Shown here piece by piece: positions 48,776 to 61,212 of a DNA stretch of 64,000 nucleotides (position 1 is its first letter; every line of letters starts with the position of its first letter). This DNA is from Ginglymostoma cirratum (Eukaryota): positions 16,323,206 through 16,387,205 of the forward strand of contig JAHRHZ010000268.1 of NCBI GenBank assembly GCA_024137785.1, in the 5' to 3' direction. Both the position numbers and the translations under genes were made by a program. The notes under the pieces were generated by a model that saw only the letters and a program-made list of their open reading frames with translations, was not told the DNA's origin and did no database searches.

Positions 48776-50660
48776 TCTTATTCACTCCTGGGACATAGAT
48801 GTCACTAGCTGGCCAGCATTTATTGTCTGTCTCTAGTTGCCCTTGGTCGTGGTGAGCTGCCTTCTTGAACCGTATGTTGTAGGTAGAACCACAATGCCCT
48901 TAGGGACGGAACTCCATGAATTAATACCCAGCAATACTGAAGGAACAGTGATATACTTCCAAGTCGAGATGAGGAGTGACTTGGAGGGGAACCTGAAGGT
49001 GGTGGTGTTTCCATGTATCTGCTGCCCCTGTCCTTCCAGATAGAAGTGGTCATGGGTTTGGAAGATGCCATCTAAAGATCTTTGGTGAATTTCTGCAGTG
49101 CATCTTGTTGATTGTACATACTGACGCTACTGAGTGTTGGTGGTGGAGGGAGTGGATGTTAGTGAATGTGGTGCCAATCAAGCAGGCTGCTTTGTCCTAG
49201 ATAGTATCAAGCTTCTTGAGTGTTGTTGGAGATGTACCCATCCATGCAAGTGGGGAGTTCTCCATTACACTCCTGACTTGTGCCTTGCAGATTATTGACA
49301 GGCTTTGGGAAGCCAAAAGGTGAGTTACTCACCATAGTATTCCTAGCCTCTGATGTACTCTTATAGCTACTGTATTTATATGACTAGTCCAGCTCAGATT
49401 CTGGTATATGGTAACCCCCAGGACATTGACAGTGGGGGTATCAGTGATGGTAACACTATTGGTGGTTAGATTGTCTCTTTTTGCAGATGTTCATTGGCTG
49501 GCATTTGTGTGATGCAAATGTTACTTGCCACTTTGTCAGCCCAAGTCTGGATACTGTCCAGATGTTGATCCATTTGAATATGGACTGCTTAAGTATCTGA
49601 GGATGCTGCTGAACATTGTGCAATCATCACAAACAGCCCCACTTCTGATCTTATGATGGAGGGAAGGTAATTGATGATGCAGCTGAAAATAGTTGGGCCT
49701 AAGACACTACCCTGACGAATTCATAAAGAGATGTCCTGGAACTGAGATGACTGACCTCGTAAAACCACAACATCTTCCACTGTGCCAGGTATGACTCCAA
49801 TCAGCAGAGAGTTTGCCCACTGATACCCAGTGATTCCAGTTTTGCGAGGGCTCCTTGATGCCACACTCTGTTGGGTGTGGCCTTGATGTCAAGGGCTGTC
49901 ATTCTCACCTCACCTCTGTAATTCAGTGCTTTTGTCCATGTTTGAACCAAGGCTGTAATGAGGTCAGGACCTGACCGGTCCTCATGGAACCCAAGCTGGG
50001 CGTCACTGAGCACGTTATTGCTGAGCAGGTGCTGCTTGATAGCACTGTTAATGACAGCTTCCATCACTTTACTAATGATCAGGAGTGGACTGATGGGATG
50101 GTAATTGACCTGATTGGATTTGTCCTTCCTTTTGTGTACGTGGGCAATTTTCCACGTTGTCGGGTAGATGCCAATGTTGTAATTGTACTGGAAGAGCTTG
50201 GTTACAGGAGCACAAGTCTTCAGTACTGTTGCTGGAATGTTGTCAGGTCCCATAGCCTTTGCAATATCCAGTGCCTCCAACCGTTTCTTGATATCTTGTG
50301 GAGAGAATCGAATTGGTATGAAGACTGGAATCTGTGATGCTGTCAACCACTAGAGGAGGCCAAGGTGAATAATCCACTCAGCGCTTCTGGCTGAAGATTG
50401 CTGCAAATGCTTCAGCCTTATCTTTTGCACTGATGTGCTGGGCAGTTCATCATTGAGAATGGGAGTATTTACGGAGCCTTCTCCTCTTGTGATTTGTTTA
50501 AGTACCCACCACCATTCACGGTTGGATGTGGCAGGACTGCAGAGCTTAGATCTGATCCATTGAATCTGAGATTTCTTAGCTGTTCTATCACTTGCTGCTT
50601 ATGTTGTTTGGCATGCAAGTAGTTTGGTAGCTTGACCAAGTTGTCACCTCATTTTTATGT
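48776..50660 (-). mobile_element. LINE (CR1/L2-group) 3' 1.9 kb with reverse transcriptase remnant
   Basis: ORF 49801-50346 (KAMGPDNIP..WKIAHV..NYHPIS..ISKVME..QLGF..ALDIKA). A-rich 3' end near 48760-48780. Confidence 0.92.
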
Positions 50661-51499
50661 GTCTCTATTATTTGTAACAGTTTGTAAACTGTTGGCCTTA
50701 ACAAGTTAACATCTCAAATTAAAGGAGTTTGTGATCAAGGAGAGCAAGCTAGATCTCTATCTGAATGCAAATACATTAGAAGAAACAGGACAGAGGTAAG
50801 ACAGTTTTGAGATTAAATTTCAATCTGATTACATGTTTTTGCTACAAATCATAAAGGCTTCCACCTGTATAGCACAAAACTTCAGTTTAATGTAGAAGTA
50901 ATAAAAGAATGCGTGATATCATTCTAATCACATTTAACAGATATATTTTCCACTTCAACAGTTAAAATACAAAGTAATATTTATGTGAATAATGGAACTA
51001 CATCATTCTAATGAAACTTCAAAGGAACCCAGCGAATATTAAGTTTAAGTCACAGCAGCGGCTTCGACTATGTCTCCAACATAGTGGCTTCATTTTACCT
51101 GTACTATTGTATCAATTCTGCAAATTCTATTTCACTCTTCACAAGCAGACACTGGTCTGTTTGCACAAATTTACATCAGAGAAAAAACGAAGGCCTTTTC
51201 AAGACTTCATACTTGCATGTCTCTGACCCCATGTTCCCCTGTGTCTATCTCTAACCTTTACCACACACTTTTATTTCCATGCAGCAACTTAATAATTTTC
51301 ACCCCTGCAGTGTCATTCAGCGTTATACAGGATTTGGCACCTGGTAATCCACAGAGCACAAAGAACATGGAGAAATGGGTTTAGGAGCTCTGGAAATGAA
51401 ATCCAAATGCTTTTCAGCTGAGTCAGTGACATCAGAGTTCTCCTGAGTCACAGGCTTTTTTCTGGAAATATCATTTAAACACTATGGACTTGATGTTGT

Positions 51500-51705
51500 T
51501 CCCTAATGATGACCATGAAACCATTTCCTACCATCAGAAATGGTCCACTAACGTCCTTTAGGGAAGGAAATCTGCAGTCCTTACCTGTGACTCCAGACCC
51601 ACAGCAATGGAGTCAATTCTTCATTGTCTTCTGGGCAATTAGGGACGGGCAACAAATGCTGGTCTAGCCAGAGATGTCCACATCCCAAGAATGAATAAAA
51701 AAACC
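51500..51705 (+). mobile_element. 3' part of tRNA-SINE (2150-2508 family)
   Basis: gtcctttagggaaggaaatctgc..gggcaattagggacgggcaacaaatgctgg..gaatgaataaaaaaa is the reverse complement of 2150-2330. Confidence 0.8.
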
Positions 51706-53002
51706 TTGTTTTGGCAAAATTAAGTGTGCCAATCATTATGAAGGTGACTTGTTGCCATCCTGTAACAATTGTACTGTAATTTGCAATGAGATTTAGGACT
51801 TCCATGTAAGAGTTCCAGATATGGATAACAGAATTCAATGTAAGTTTAATGTTACTTTAACACCAGGGAATTCAAAAATTGCCATAAGTCAGCTTATTGT
51901 TTCCTTAGCACCATGAGGTCCCATGTGTCTTTATGATTCCTTCCTTCCTATTTTAGTGCTTTACTTTTGATGTATCTTGAGGACCAGTATTGCCCCTGTG
52001 TTTTAAAATGGTTCATGGGTTGTATTTAAGTCTCTTCTCATGACATTTTAGGGCTGGGGTTGAGGTACAGGTTGGGGGGATGTACCACTGGCTGCATCTC
52101 TAAAGTTGGTGCCTTGGCACCAAATGTCAACTGTCACATTCCACTTGGTGTATGATCAACAGTCTGGATAATCTGAGACCTAGTAGTCTGCCTCCCAGCC
52201 CACAGGATCTAAACATCTGTAGAAAGAGTAATGTTTACTCCATCTCCGTCTTCTGCCATGGAAACAGACCACACTTCTGGATATAAAAGGTGAACACACC
52301 AAATAATTCCCAACTGCCCACCATTGCACATCCTTGAGAATTTCTCTCACATCTTTCATATGGATGAGATATTCCTTTATTATCCTTCCTTTCACCCACT
52401 TACCAGTTAGCATTGTGGGATCTGAAAATGGGCAATGAAAAAAGTGATAGATCGTCATCTCACTTCTCCACCTCCCTTGTCCTCTGTCTCGATTACCCAG
52501 TTAGCATTGAAGATTAGCAAGGCATCACTGATACTTTCTGAAAGGCCCCGTAAGGATGAAAATTATTTGGGCTGATGTATGGAAATGAAAGTGCATGGCA
52601 AAGACAAGAGGCAGTAATATTTGGTGCAGGGAAGCCTGGGGTCAAAACTTGTCCCTAGGATTCCTGTGCAGACTGGTTCTCAAGATTATCTTCTTTTTCA
52701 TCGTCAAAGTCCTACCCAACAAAAAATTTCTTTCCTCCTGTTCGTCCACCTCACCATAATCATTCATTTCCTTTGCTTCTTCATTCTCTGCCCCCATAAA
52801 GGTAAGGATGGCATAAGTTAAGAATTCACAAGGATAACACTATTGGGAATAAAAAGACAAAGGAGAGTATGGAAGCTTTGGCCTACATGTTGCTTCACAT
52901 ATTACTGTGGCTGCTCTGTAAATGTCCACACACTTACCTTATACCTGCACCATCTCACCATGTTCACCATATTTTATTACTTGAGCAAAATGCTCTTGAA
53001 TA

Positions 53003-53190
53003 GAAAGGACTTAATTCATAATGGGCCATTTACAACCTCAGGACATCAGACAGCACTTTATACTTCAGTGAAGTGCACTTGAAGTACAGTCACAGTTGTA
53101 ACGTGGCAACTATTTGGTACATAGCAAGGTAACACAGCAATCAAAATATAATTAGTTAGATAAACTGTTTTAGTGATAAGGATATACAGT
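53003..53190 (-). mobile_element. DeuSINE-like remnant
   Basis: acctcaggacatc..gcacttta..tgaagt..agtcac.gttgtaa..atagcaag..ctgttttagtgat. Related to the 45625 and 48110 pieces. Confidence 0.6.
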
Positions 53191-53979
53191 TTCCTCAGTA
53201 CCATGATGAAGGATCAGTATAATTAGGGGTTAAAGTGTTCAAAGCTCAACCCTGCAATCTACTGATTAGGTTGTAAGTATATGAAAAGTGCTATGTGAAT
53301 GCAAGTCTTTTTTTCAAATTCTTTTGTAGGAGAGAGTACTACCACTGAGAGAAAGCCGGTATTGTTATTTCTGCCTCTTGAAAATGATCAACTCCCTTCT
53401 TTGAATGACTTCCAGATCCTCACTTGAAAACATGCTTTAGAAATGGCATTGAATTGCATATGAACCATCCATTCCAGCTACCTGAAGGTCACTCTACTGT
53501 GTCAAACACTTTCCTGCTTATCTGCTGCTCCTCAAGCCAGCTGTTAAATTCTTCAGTTTTTCCTTTTAAAGGTGGTACTCCTAATTTACAGGCCTCTTCC
53601 CGCAGGTTCCACTGCTGAACTACAAATGGATATTTAAATGAACTGACCCCACCATTTACAGCAGGTCAATGCTGGAGAGGATCAGTGAACACAATGTTTG
53701 CCTCCAAGTACTGCAGCAATATAATTTAACCTGTGGATTTTCAGTCTTTAACTTTATTGAATATGTAGCAAGCTCATGGTGTGCAACTTTAAAATACAGC
53801 AAATGTAATTCTTGAACATCGAAATGAAAAAAACCTATACTTGCTGCAGAGGAAGTTTTACACATTGGAATTCATTGCAAATTGACAACTTACAAAGTGA
53901 AAGTTATCGGAAAAGAATATTCAATGCAAAGGAGGATTGGCTGTGACTACAGAGTACTGATAAATGGATATTTCATTAC

Positions 53980-54410
53980 CATAAGACTATAAGACCAAGG
54001 AGCAGAATTAGGCCATTTGACCCATTGAGTCTGCTCCACCATTCGATCATGTGATATATTTCTCAACCCAATTCTCTTGCCTTCTCTCTGTAACCCTTGA
54101 TGTATGAACGGAGAAACAGGATATTCAGTCTAACTGGATCACACCAATATATTCCATTTGAATCTCTGCCTATCTTTTCTTGTCTAAATCCATCATCATT
54201 GTCATCTATTCCATTCTTCCCTTAGTCATCTGTAGCTTCCCCTTGGATACATCTCTACTGTTCAACTTCAATCACTCCCTAAGGTAGCAAGATCCACATT
54301 TTATACCACTCTTTGGGTGAAGAACTTTCTTCTGAATTTCCAATTGGATATCTTGGTGACTATCCTATATTGATGTCTTCTAGTTGTGCTCTTATTCGCA
54401 AGAGGAAATG
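53980..54410 (-). mobile_element. CR1-like LINE 3' fragments
   Basis: ataagactataagaccaaggagcagaattaggccatt tail and accactctttgggtgaagaac. Confidence 0.75.
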
Positions 54411-54411
54411 T

Positions 54412-55670
54412 AGCAGGGAAATTCATTGCAAGTAGTAATTTTACCAAAGGGGAGTTTCACAAGGGTGTGCACTTCATTTACAGTTTCCCTGTTCTGCCCA
54501 ACATATATGTTCATTAAAAAACCCCTCGACATAAACTTTCATTTATAGACAAAGAATCCATCATCAGTTTTGAGCGAATCTCCTGACATGGAGACTTTTT
54601 AACCATTGCAGAATCCATCATAAGTGAACAAGCTATACAGGCAATTTTATTCAAATTGACAATTTCTACATGAGGTTCACTGTTAATAGGCCACTTATGC
54701 GGGAGAGATTCACTTTAATGGAATAGTTAATGGTGGGGGGAGGAGTGGTGATGGTGATATGCCCACTTTAAGTGGACTCTCTCAATATAAAGTGAATTCA
54801 CTACAGATAAACTCTTTGTGAGGAACAGAAATTCACTAATTCACTAAACACTACAAAGGGTACATCATAAAAATACATTTGTTGAAGGTGGATATACACT
54901 GTCCAATTTGAGCAGGAAGGCCCACTATAATCATATTATTTATGCAAGGCAGTATACTAGGCTACCTATACAGAAGTTTTATTTTAAGTAAATAAGAAAA
55001 CTTTAAGAAAATATTTCATCAAGGGGAGGTTCACTCTAGATAAATAATGCAAACAAATCACTGGTCAGTGAGAACTTTGCAAGAAGATTTGGTGATTTAA
55101 CATTTCCTATTCAGAATTTGCAGTAAGTGAACCTTTATACAGGAATTTTAAAACAAACTGACACTTCAGAGATTCACTGTATGCAGGCATTTAGTGCATG
55201 GAAATTCACATACACAGAAAATCATTGTGAATGAACACTGCTGCAGGGGATTCAAATTAACACTTTGTTGGTAAAAGCTTCAATATGGATCATGCTGTTT
55301 GGGATTATTTTGATTCAGTACAATTATACATAGTAAGGAATTAACTGTAGAGGACAGTACAGTGGATGATTTCTTTAATTACTTATTTAAGAGTTTATTG
55401 AATATAGGTTGATGGGCTACCAGTACAAAACCAAATTCACTGTAAATGGATTCATTGTATTCATTGAGGTAGATTCACTGAATTGATATATCATGTAAGG
55501 AGCAATTTACTGTGAATAGACTCTACACAAGGCGTTTATCATCAATTATATGAAAGATTCACATAACAGAATATTTTGCAGCAGGTTTAATTCATATGAA
55601 CATGTACAGCATTTGAAAGGACTCACTGTTAGGCAAATACTTTATGCAGAAGGATTTACTGTAGTTCAAG
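54412..55670. repeat. Highly degenerate minisatellite with an (R)RTTCACTGT-like core
   Basis: Recurrent gattcactgta, aattcactgt, ggttcactgt and gactcactgt variants at roughly 30-35 nt spacing or multiples of it. Confidence 0.55.
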
Positions 55671-56364
55671 TGTTCAAATAATGGACTATGGTCTAGCTAT
55701 GCATCTGAACATCAGCAAACAATCTTGTAAAGATCATTAACTTGTCTCTCCCAACATATAGCCACACATTTCTGTTTCTAGTTATAAATTGTATGCTGCT
55801 GTTTGAATGTGGAGAGACTGGAGATTTCAAAATGCTAGATCTGCCAGATTTAAACAAACAATTCTGCAACATTAAGATATAAAAACAAAGCAATGTATTT
55901 AGCAGTCCCACCAAATTCAATAGCTTAAATCAATAAAGAATGCTTTTCGATATTTTAACATACACAGCATAATCAAATTTAAGTCAGAGACTTAACTTGA
56001 GGCATACATCAATGGGTTTATTTAACTACACAAGTATTTAATTTAGTGAAGATGATCAGTTAGGACAATGGCTTTGCATCAGCCAAAACATTTCTTCTGC
56101 TCAGTCTGCAATTGTGACCCCAAGTTTCCTGCCATCTGTCAAAGGTGATAATATTGCCATTTTCACACATGGTTGAAAAAAAAGGGTAATCTACTAAGAC
56201 AGAAGGTTTGAATTCCAATCCTTTTATAGGGGAGAGCTCAGTGCAAATTGACAGATTTCACTAAATTGAAAATATTAATTGGAAAAGCATACTTTATATA
56301 AGGTTTGTTCCAAATGGATGGTTTGTAGAGGAAGATGCACCACGCACAAGCAAATTATATTGGA

Positions 56365-57130
56365 TTAAAAACAGAAAATGCTGGAAGTACTCATCAGGTC
56401 TGGCAGTACTGATGGAGACAGAAGAGAGAATGTTTCAGTGGTTTGTGGCCTTTCAGCAGGACTGGGAGTAGTTAGAAATAGAATAGATTCTGTGATAATG
56501 GAGATAGGAGGAAGAAGAAAAAGGAAGGTCTGTGATAGGGTGAAGGACAGCAATTCAATGACAAAACATTTCATGGTGCATTTACAAAGTTAGTCGGAAA
56601 GGGCCAAGTGCGAAACTTCCTCAAAAGGCGAGGTGAATGGCAAGACCATGAATTGCTGCTAACTGGAAGCAGAGGAAATAAGAGAGGAAGCAAATGAAAA
56701 AAAAACTGAAGAAAATTGAAGTACAATGGGCAGAGAAATTACATTCTAATGTAATTTAAGTGATTGTTGAGTCCAGAAGGCTGTAAATTACCCAAACCAT
56801 GCAGTGCTGCTCCTTCAGCTGGGTGTTGAGCTTTAGTAGAATACTGCAGCAGACCAAGGACAGAAAGATCAAATTGAGGGCAAGGTAAATAATTAAAATG
56901 ATAGGAAACTCAGTATCATGTCTGCACACTGGACAGAAGTGCTCTATGGAGGAGTCAGCCAGTTTGCATTTGTCTCTCCTATGCAGAGGAGACCACAACA
57001 TGAATATTGAATACAGTATGAGAAGCATTGACAAAGCATTTCACTCAGAGTGAGTGTCTGAGAACTTCGACAGTGTAAAGAGAGGAGGGGAAAAGACAGG
57101 CGTTGCTGCATTTCCTGCACTTGCATAAAC
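56365..57130 (-). mobile_element. Decayed Penelope-like element (GIY-YIG plus terminal repeat)
   Basis: YCIQYSCCGLLCIGET (GIY-YIG) and QLKEQH in minus-strand ORFs. Terminal aaaacagaaaatgctgga..tca.caggtctggcag as in the other copies. Confidence 0.75.
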
Positions 57131-57994
57131 ACATACTTGAGAAGAATCTATAGATCCTGACACTTAGTGCTTCCAGAAATCCATTCCAACTACTACAACA
57201 TTTTAATCATGAATGCGAAATGGCTCAGTAACTAGTTATCCCACAATGGATTGTTTAAAAACAATAACAGGATTTGGGGCTTTTGAGCTGGGTCCTCAAA
57301 GTGAGGATTAAATGGAGGTCTCACACCACACTATGTAGGGAGCAGTAACCTGGCAGTGATGTTCCCTGAATTGACCACCTTACAACGCTGCCTTCAAGAC
57401 CCCAAACTGAAACTCCAGGAAACTAGTCCAGAGCAGGATGATGCTGGCAAACCAATATGCCAGTCAACCGCACAAATTTCCATGACTATCAAGGGCTAAA
57501 AGTTCCACCCAGTTTGAGTACCTTTATGTCAAATATCAATACATGCAAAACTCAATAACCTATCCCCTCATTCTATTTCAAGCCATTGAATCTGGAATTC
57601 TTGCAACAAAACCGTACTTGATTATTGATTCAATGTGATCCTAAGTATAAATTATGCCTGTTTTGAATATGAAATTGCTCATCAGTCTGCCTATGTATAC
57701 AATCATATTTTTGATCTATCTGAATCATGCCAAAGTGCATGAAGGAAAGATTAAAAAAAATGTGAAAATATGAGTGTAGCTTGACAAATTATTCATCTGA
57801 CACTGATTTCTAATTGATATTTTAGGAAAACTTTTAAATTGTTTAATTAACTCCATTGGTTTATAACCAGAAACAGTGGTAAGTTAATACCTTCTGCTGT
57901 CTTTTTAAATGTTTCAGATTACCATAGAATGATACAGCACAAAAGAAGTAATTGAGCCTGTTTATCTTTGTTAGAGTTATCCAATTAATTATTA

Positions 57995-58287
57995 TCGAAT
58001 CATAGAATTCTTACAGTGTGGAAGCAGGCCACTTGGCCCATTGAGTCCGCACCGACCACCTGAACAGCATCCTTACCAGACCCACGCCCCTACCCTATCG
58101 GTGTAACACTGCATTTCCCATGGCTAATCCACCTAGCCTGCACATCCCTGGACTGTGGGAGGCAACTGGAGCAAACCCACACAGATGTGAGGAGAATGTG
58201 CAAACCCCACACAAACAGTCACCTGAGGGTGGAATCAAACCAAGGTCCCTGTCTCTGTGAAACAGTAGTTATGCCACTGTGCCATTG
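57995..58287 (-). mobile_element. HE1-type V-SINE
   Basis: Reverse complement of the 40666-40950 family (ggagaatgtgcaaac.ccacaca.acagtcacctgagg). Confidence 0.85.
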
Positions 58288-58700
58288 CCCTGTTCTTCTT
58301 CATAGTCCTCAAATTTTACTTTCCTTTTGAGAATTTATCCCATTGTGTCTGAATTTTACTATTAAAACTGTCTCCATCCCATTTTAGGCAATGCATTCCA
58401 AATTACGGTGAACACTGTACAAAACATATGTCCTCATGGGTTCCTTTGCTTATCTCTTTAAATCTATGCCCTTTTCAGGTTCTAAGTTTTCTACCACTAG
58501 AAACAGTTTCATCTTATTTACTGTAACTATATCATTCATCAACTCTCGAAGCATCTCTCTTGAATCTCCCCTTGGCCCTCCCTGCTGTAAAGAAAACAAT
58601 CTCAGCTTCTCCATTCTAGTAAATTTCGTCCTTATTCTTCCAAAAAATTTGGCATCCTACAGTGTGGTGCTCAAAACCGAACTTAACTTTCCTAGGTATT
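58288..58700 (-). mobile_element. Decayed CR1-like LINE 3' fragment (left part at ~57920-57990, interrupted by the SINE)
   Basis: ggcaatgcattcca, gaaacagtttc, aacaatctcagcttctcca and gtgtggtgctcaaaac. Confidence 0.6.
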
Positions 58701-59899
58701 AAAGGCCATGAGCCTCATTGATGAGAAAGCTCAGAAAAATTGCATGAGATGCCCAGCAAGGAGCTTCTCAACATCGAAATTAAAATGTCTCAATTTCTAA
58801 CCATGTTGAACAACAAGATGAGATTCTCACTAGCAAGTAGCGACAGGCCTGGTTGCATGGCATTAACATCTCATTGTTACCTAATCTCACCTTATTTATG
58901 TGCAGTTTTTCACAAGTATTGGGTAGAAACTAGATGGCAAAAATTCCCAACCTGAAAGTCAGAGTGGTTACCTGGCAACTCCAGCTCTTCATATGCTCCT
59001 CCACACTTCTATCTCGGACACCAGTTACCAACATCTTAGGGCATATTCCAAAGACATTGACCACATGCACTCCACATAGACTGATATGCCACTCAAAGCA
59101 AACTCACCACATCATCATGGCTCATCTCCAAATCACTAACAATATAGTTCTGCACTTCAATGCTGCATTTTGGAGAGCACTGACACTTTTCCTTGTAATG
59201 CTGCTATTGGGACATTTTGCATACAGAAACTGGCACAAATCTCACAGATTCAGGCAGAGAGCATCTAAAAGCTGTGCATTTGCTCTCTTGGTGCTAACTT
59301 TCTGCTTATTTTAATGCTCACAGCATCCCTACCCTGCTTTTCCTTTTTGCACTTTGTCCCATCAGCCAGACCTTAAAAGCTCGCAGTGCTTCTGTCTTGC
59401 GTTACCTTTTCAACACAGACATAAAACCAGTCAGTTCCTCATGATTGCCAGGTATGATTAGTCAACTCCGTCCACACGTTGCAGTGTGGCACAGTGCAAT
59501 GTCAATTTTATACATGTGGCACATACCAACAACCTATGCTGCAAAAACAAAACATGTGCTTCAAGAAAATGGCCATGTCTCAAAGGCTAACTCAAAGGAA
59601 ACTGTCAGTTGACCACTTAGGGTGTTCATGGTCCAGTAAGTCAACTGCATTGTCCAATCTTAGTGCAAGGGCTTGGACACAGTCAGTCAACCATTTAGGC
59701 TGGTCAAAGTCCTGAGTGCAAATCTCTACAGTCCAGTGAGTACCATGATCAGGCTTGCAGGTCTAGTGCATGCAGTGAGGGAATTTGTGGTATGTCAGTA
59801 AGGGAGCTGCACAGAGAACAGTCAGGGGTCTGACTCCTCTGTCAGGGCTGTTTATCAAAGTTGATTGAGGGGGTGGGGCACAGTTTGTCTTGGAGGGGT

Positions 59900-60720
59900 C
59901 AGCTCAAAGAAAGTCACAGATTATTATCAGGGGCTGTAGTAGGCAAGTGGGAAACTCAATTCTGAGGATGGAGGCAGCATGCTGGGATGCAAAGGGGGAA
60001 ACATTGTGAAGAGGTGAAATTTGAACCATAAGCAAGAGGACAAGGCATAGTGTGGTAGTTTGGGGTTATTGGTCACAACTAGCAAGGCCTCGATGGGGGG
60101 GAAACTGTATATCATGATTAAGTCGTAGGGCCAAGTCTCAAGGGATGGAGATGTAATTCCAATTGGTGTTGCAAAACATGGTGAATCAGTACTGATGGCT
60201 TCAACAGGAAGTGCCAGGAACAAAAGCAATGGGAAGGTTTGGTTGGGAGGGGGTGATTTGATGACCAAATTGTGCCTGAAGTACCTGAGATATATTGTGT
60301 CAATGCCAACAGTGTGGCCTTGAATACTCATGGGACGCATTAATGCGCATTGCAACTGGAAAATGGCTGGGATGAGACCCAGAGTAACTTTCTTTTCTGT
60401 CTGAGCACACTGGCTCTACATGTGAGCATTGTGAGGGGCAAGAGGCATTTTCACAGTCCAGTTGAAAGTCATCTGTAATCATAGAATTAAGCATATGAAA
60501 TCCCAGCAGTGTCCAACTGCATGGGACACAAATCCTAGTCACAAACCATCTTGACTATGTCATTATTCACTGCGTATTATAGGATAGACATCCCTGTGAA
60601 GCAGAAGTAATCACAGTCAACCTTAAGACTGGCAACTGCGGGGCACAATTCACAATGCACAATTTCACAGGCTGCACATGGGCACGGGACTGGTTCACTC
60701 GCACCTTAAACTGGAAGTAT
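59900..60720 (-). mobile_element. Harbinger (HARBI1-type DDE) transposase relic
   Basis: Frameshifted motifs in the expected order: GFHMLNSMITD (~GFHSLNVQ..CD), DRKESY (~GDKGY), INASH (~YN..H) and IYLRYFR (~LK.RFR). Confidence 0.5.
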
Positions 60721-61116
60721 TTGCCAACATGCTTTTATATGCAATGATGTTTTTCTTTGGTGATGTTGATCTAGGAGAAGATGATGTCAGTACTCATACA
60801 AGACTTACAATCCCCTTTTGTCTCTTTGCAACATGACTTAATTGCAACAAGGTCGCTATGTCAGAGCTCCATGTAGAAGCATTCCAGACAGAGTGCTGTC
60901 AGTGTGCAAAGTGCTGTAACATGCTGTGCACTGCATAGCTGGAGTAGGCAGAGGGGATGTGATGGATGCTGAAGAACTAGGAGAGTGGAAGCAGTCTTCT
61001 GAAGAGGAAGGTGAAGACATTGAAAAACAGGAAAAACATCATGTCCTGCCAAATAGAGTTCAACTGCATCAGATGCAACAACAGGCTGGACTTAATTGAC
61101 TTCTGGACTTAATTGA

Positions 61117-61212
61117 TTTCTGATGAAGGGTCTAGGCCCGAAACATCAAGTTTTCCTGCTCCTATGATGCTGCTTGGCCTGCTGTGTTCATCCAGCCCCA
61201 CGCCTTGTTATC
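61117..61212 (+). mobile_element. Short Penelope-derived insertion with hammerhead core
   Basis: Near identical to 7-98. Flanked by copies of TGGACTTAATTGA(C/T)TTC. Confidence 0.75.

Noticed and set aside
49801-50346. 181-aa ORF as a functional reverse transcriptase gene
   Set aside because: It has internal deletions and flanking frameshifts and stops. It is a dead 5'-truncated LINE.
54412-55670. CRISPR-like repeat-spacer appearance
   Set aside because: Vertebrate intron, highly degenerate repeats, spacers related to each other and no cas genes. Treated as a decayed minisatellite.
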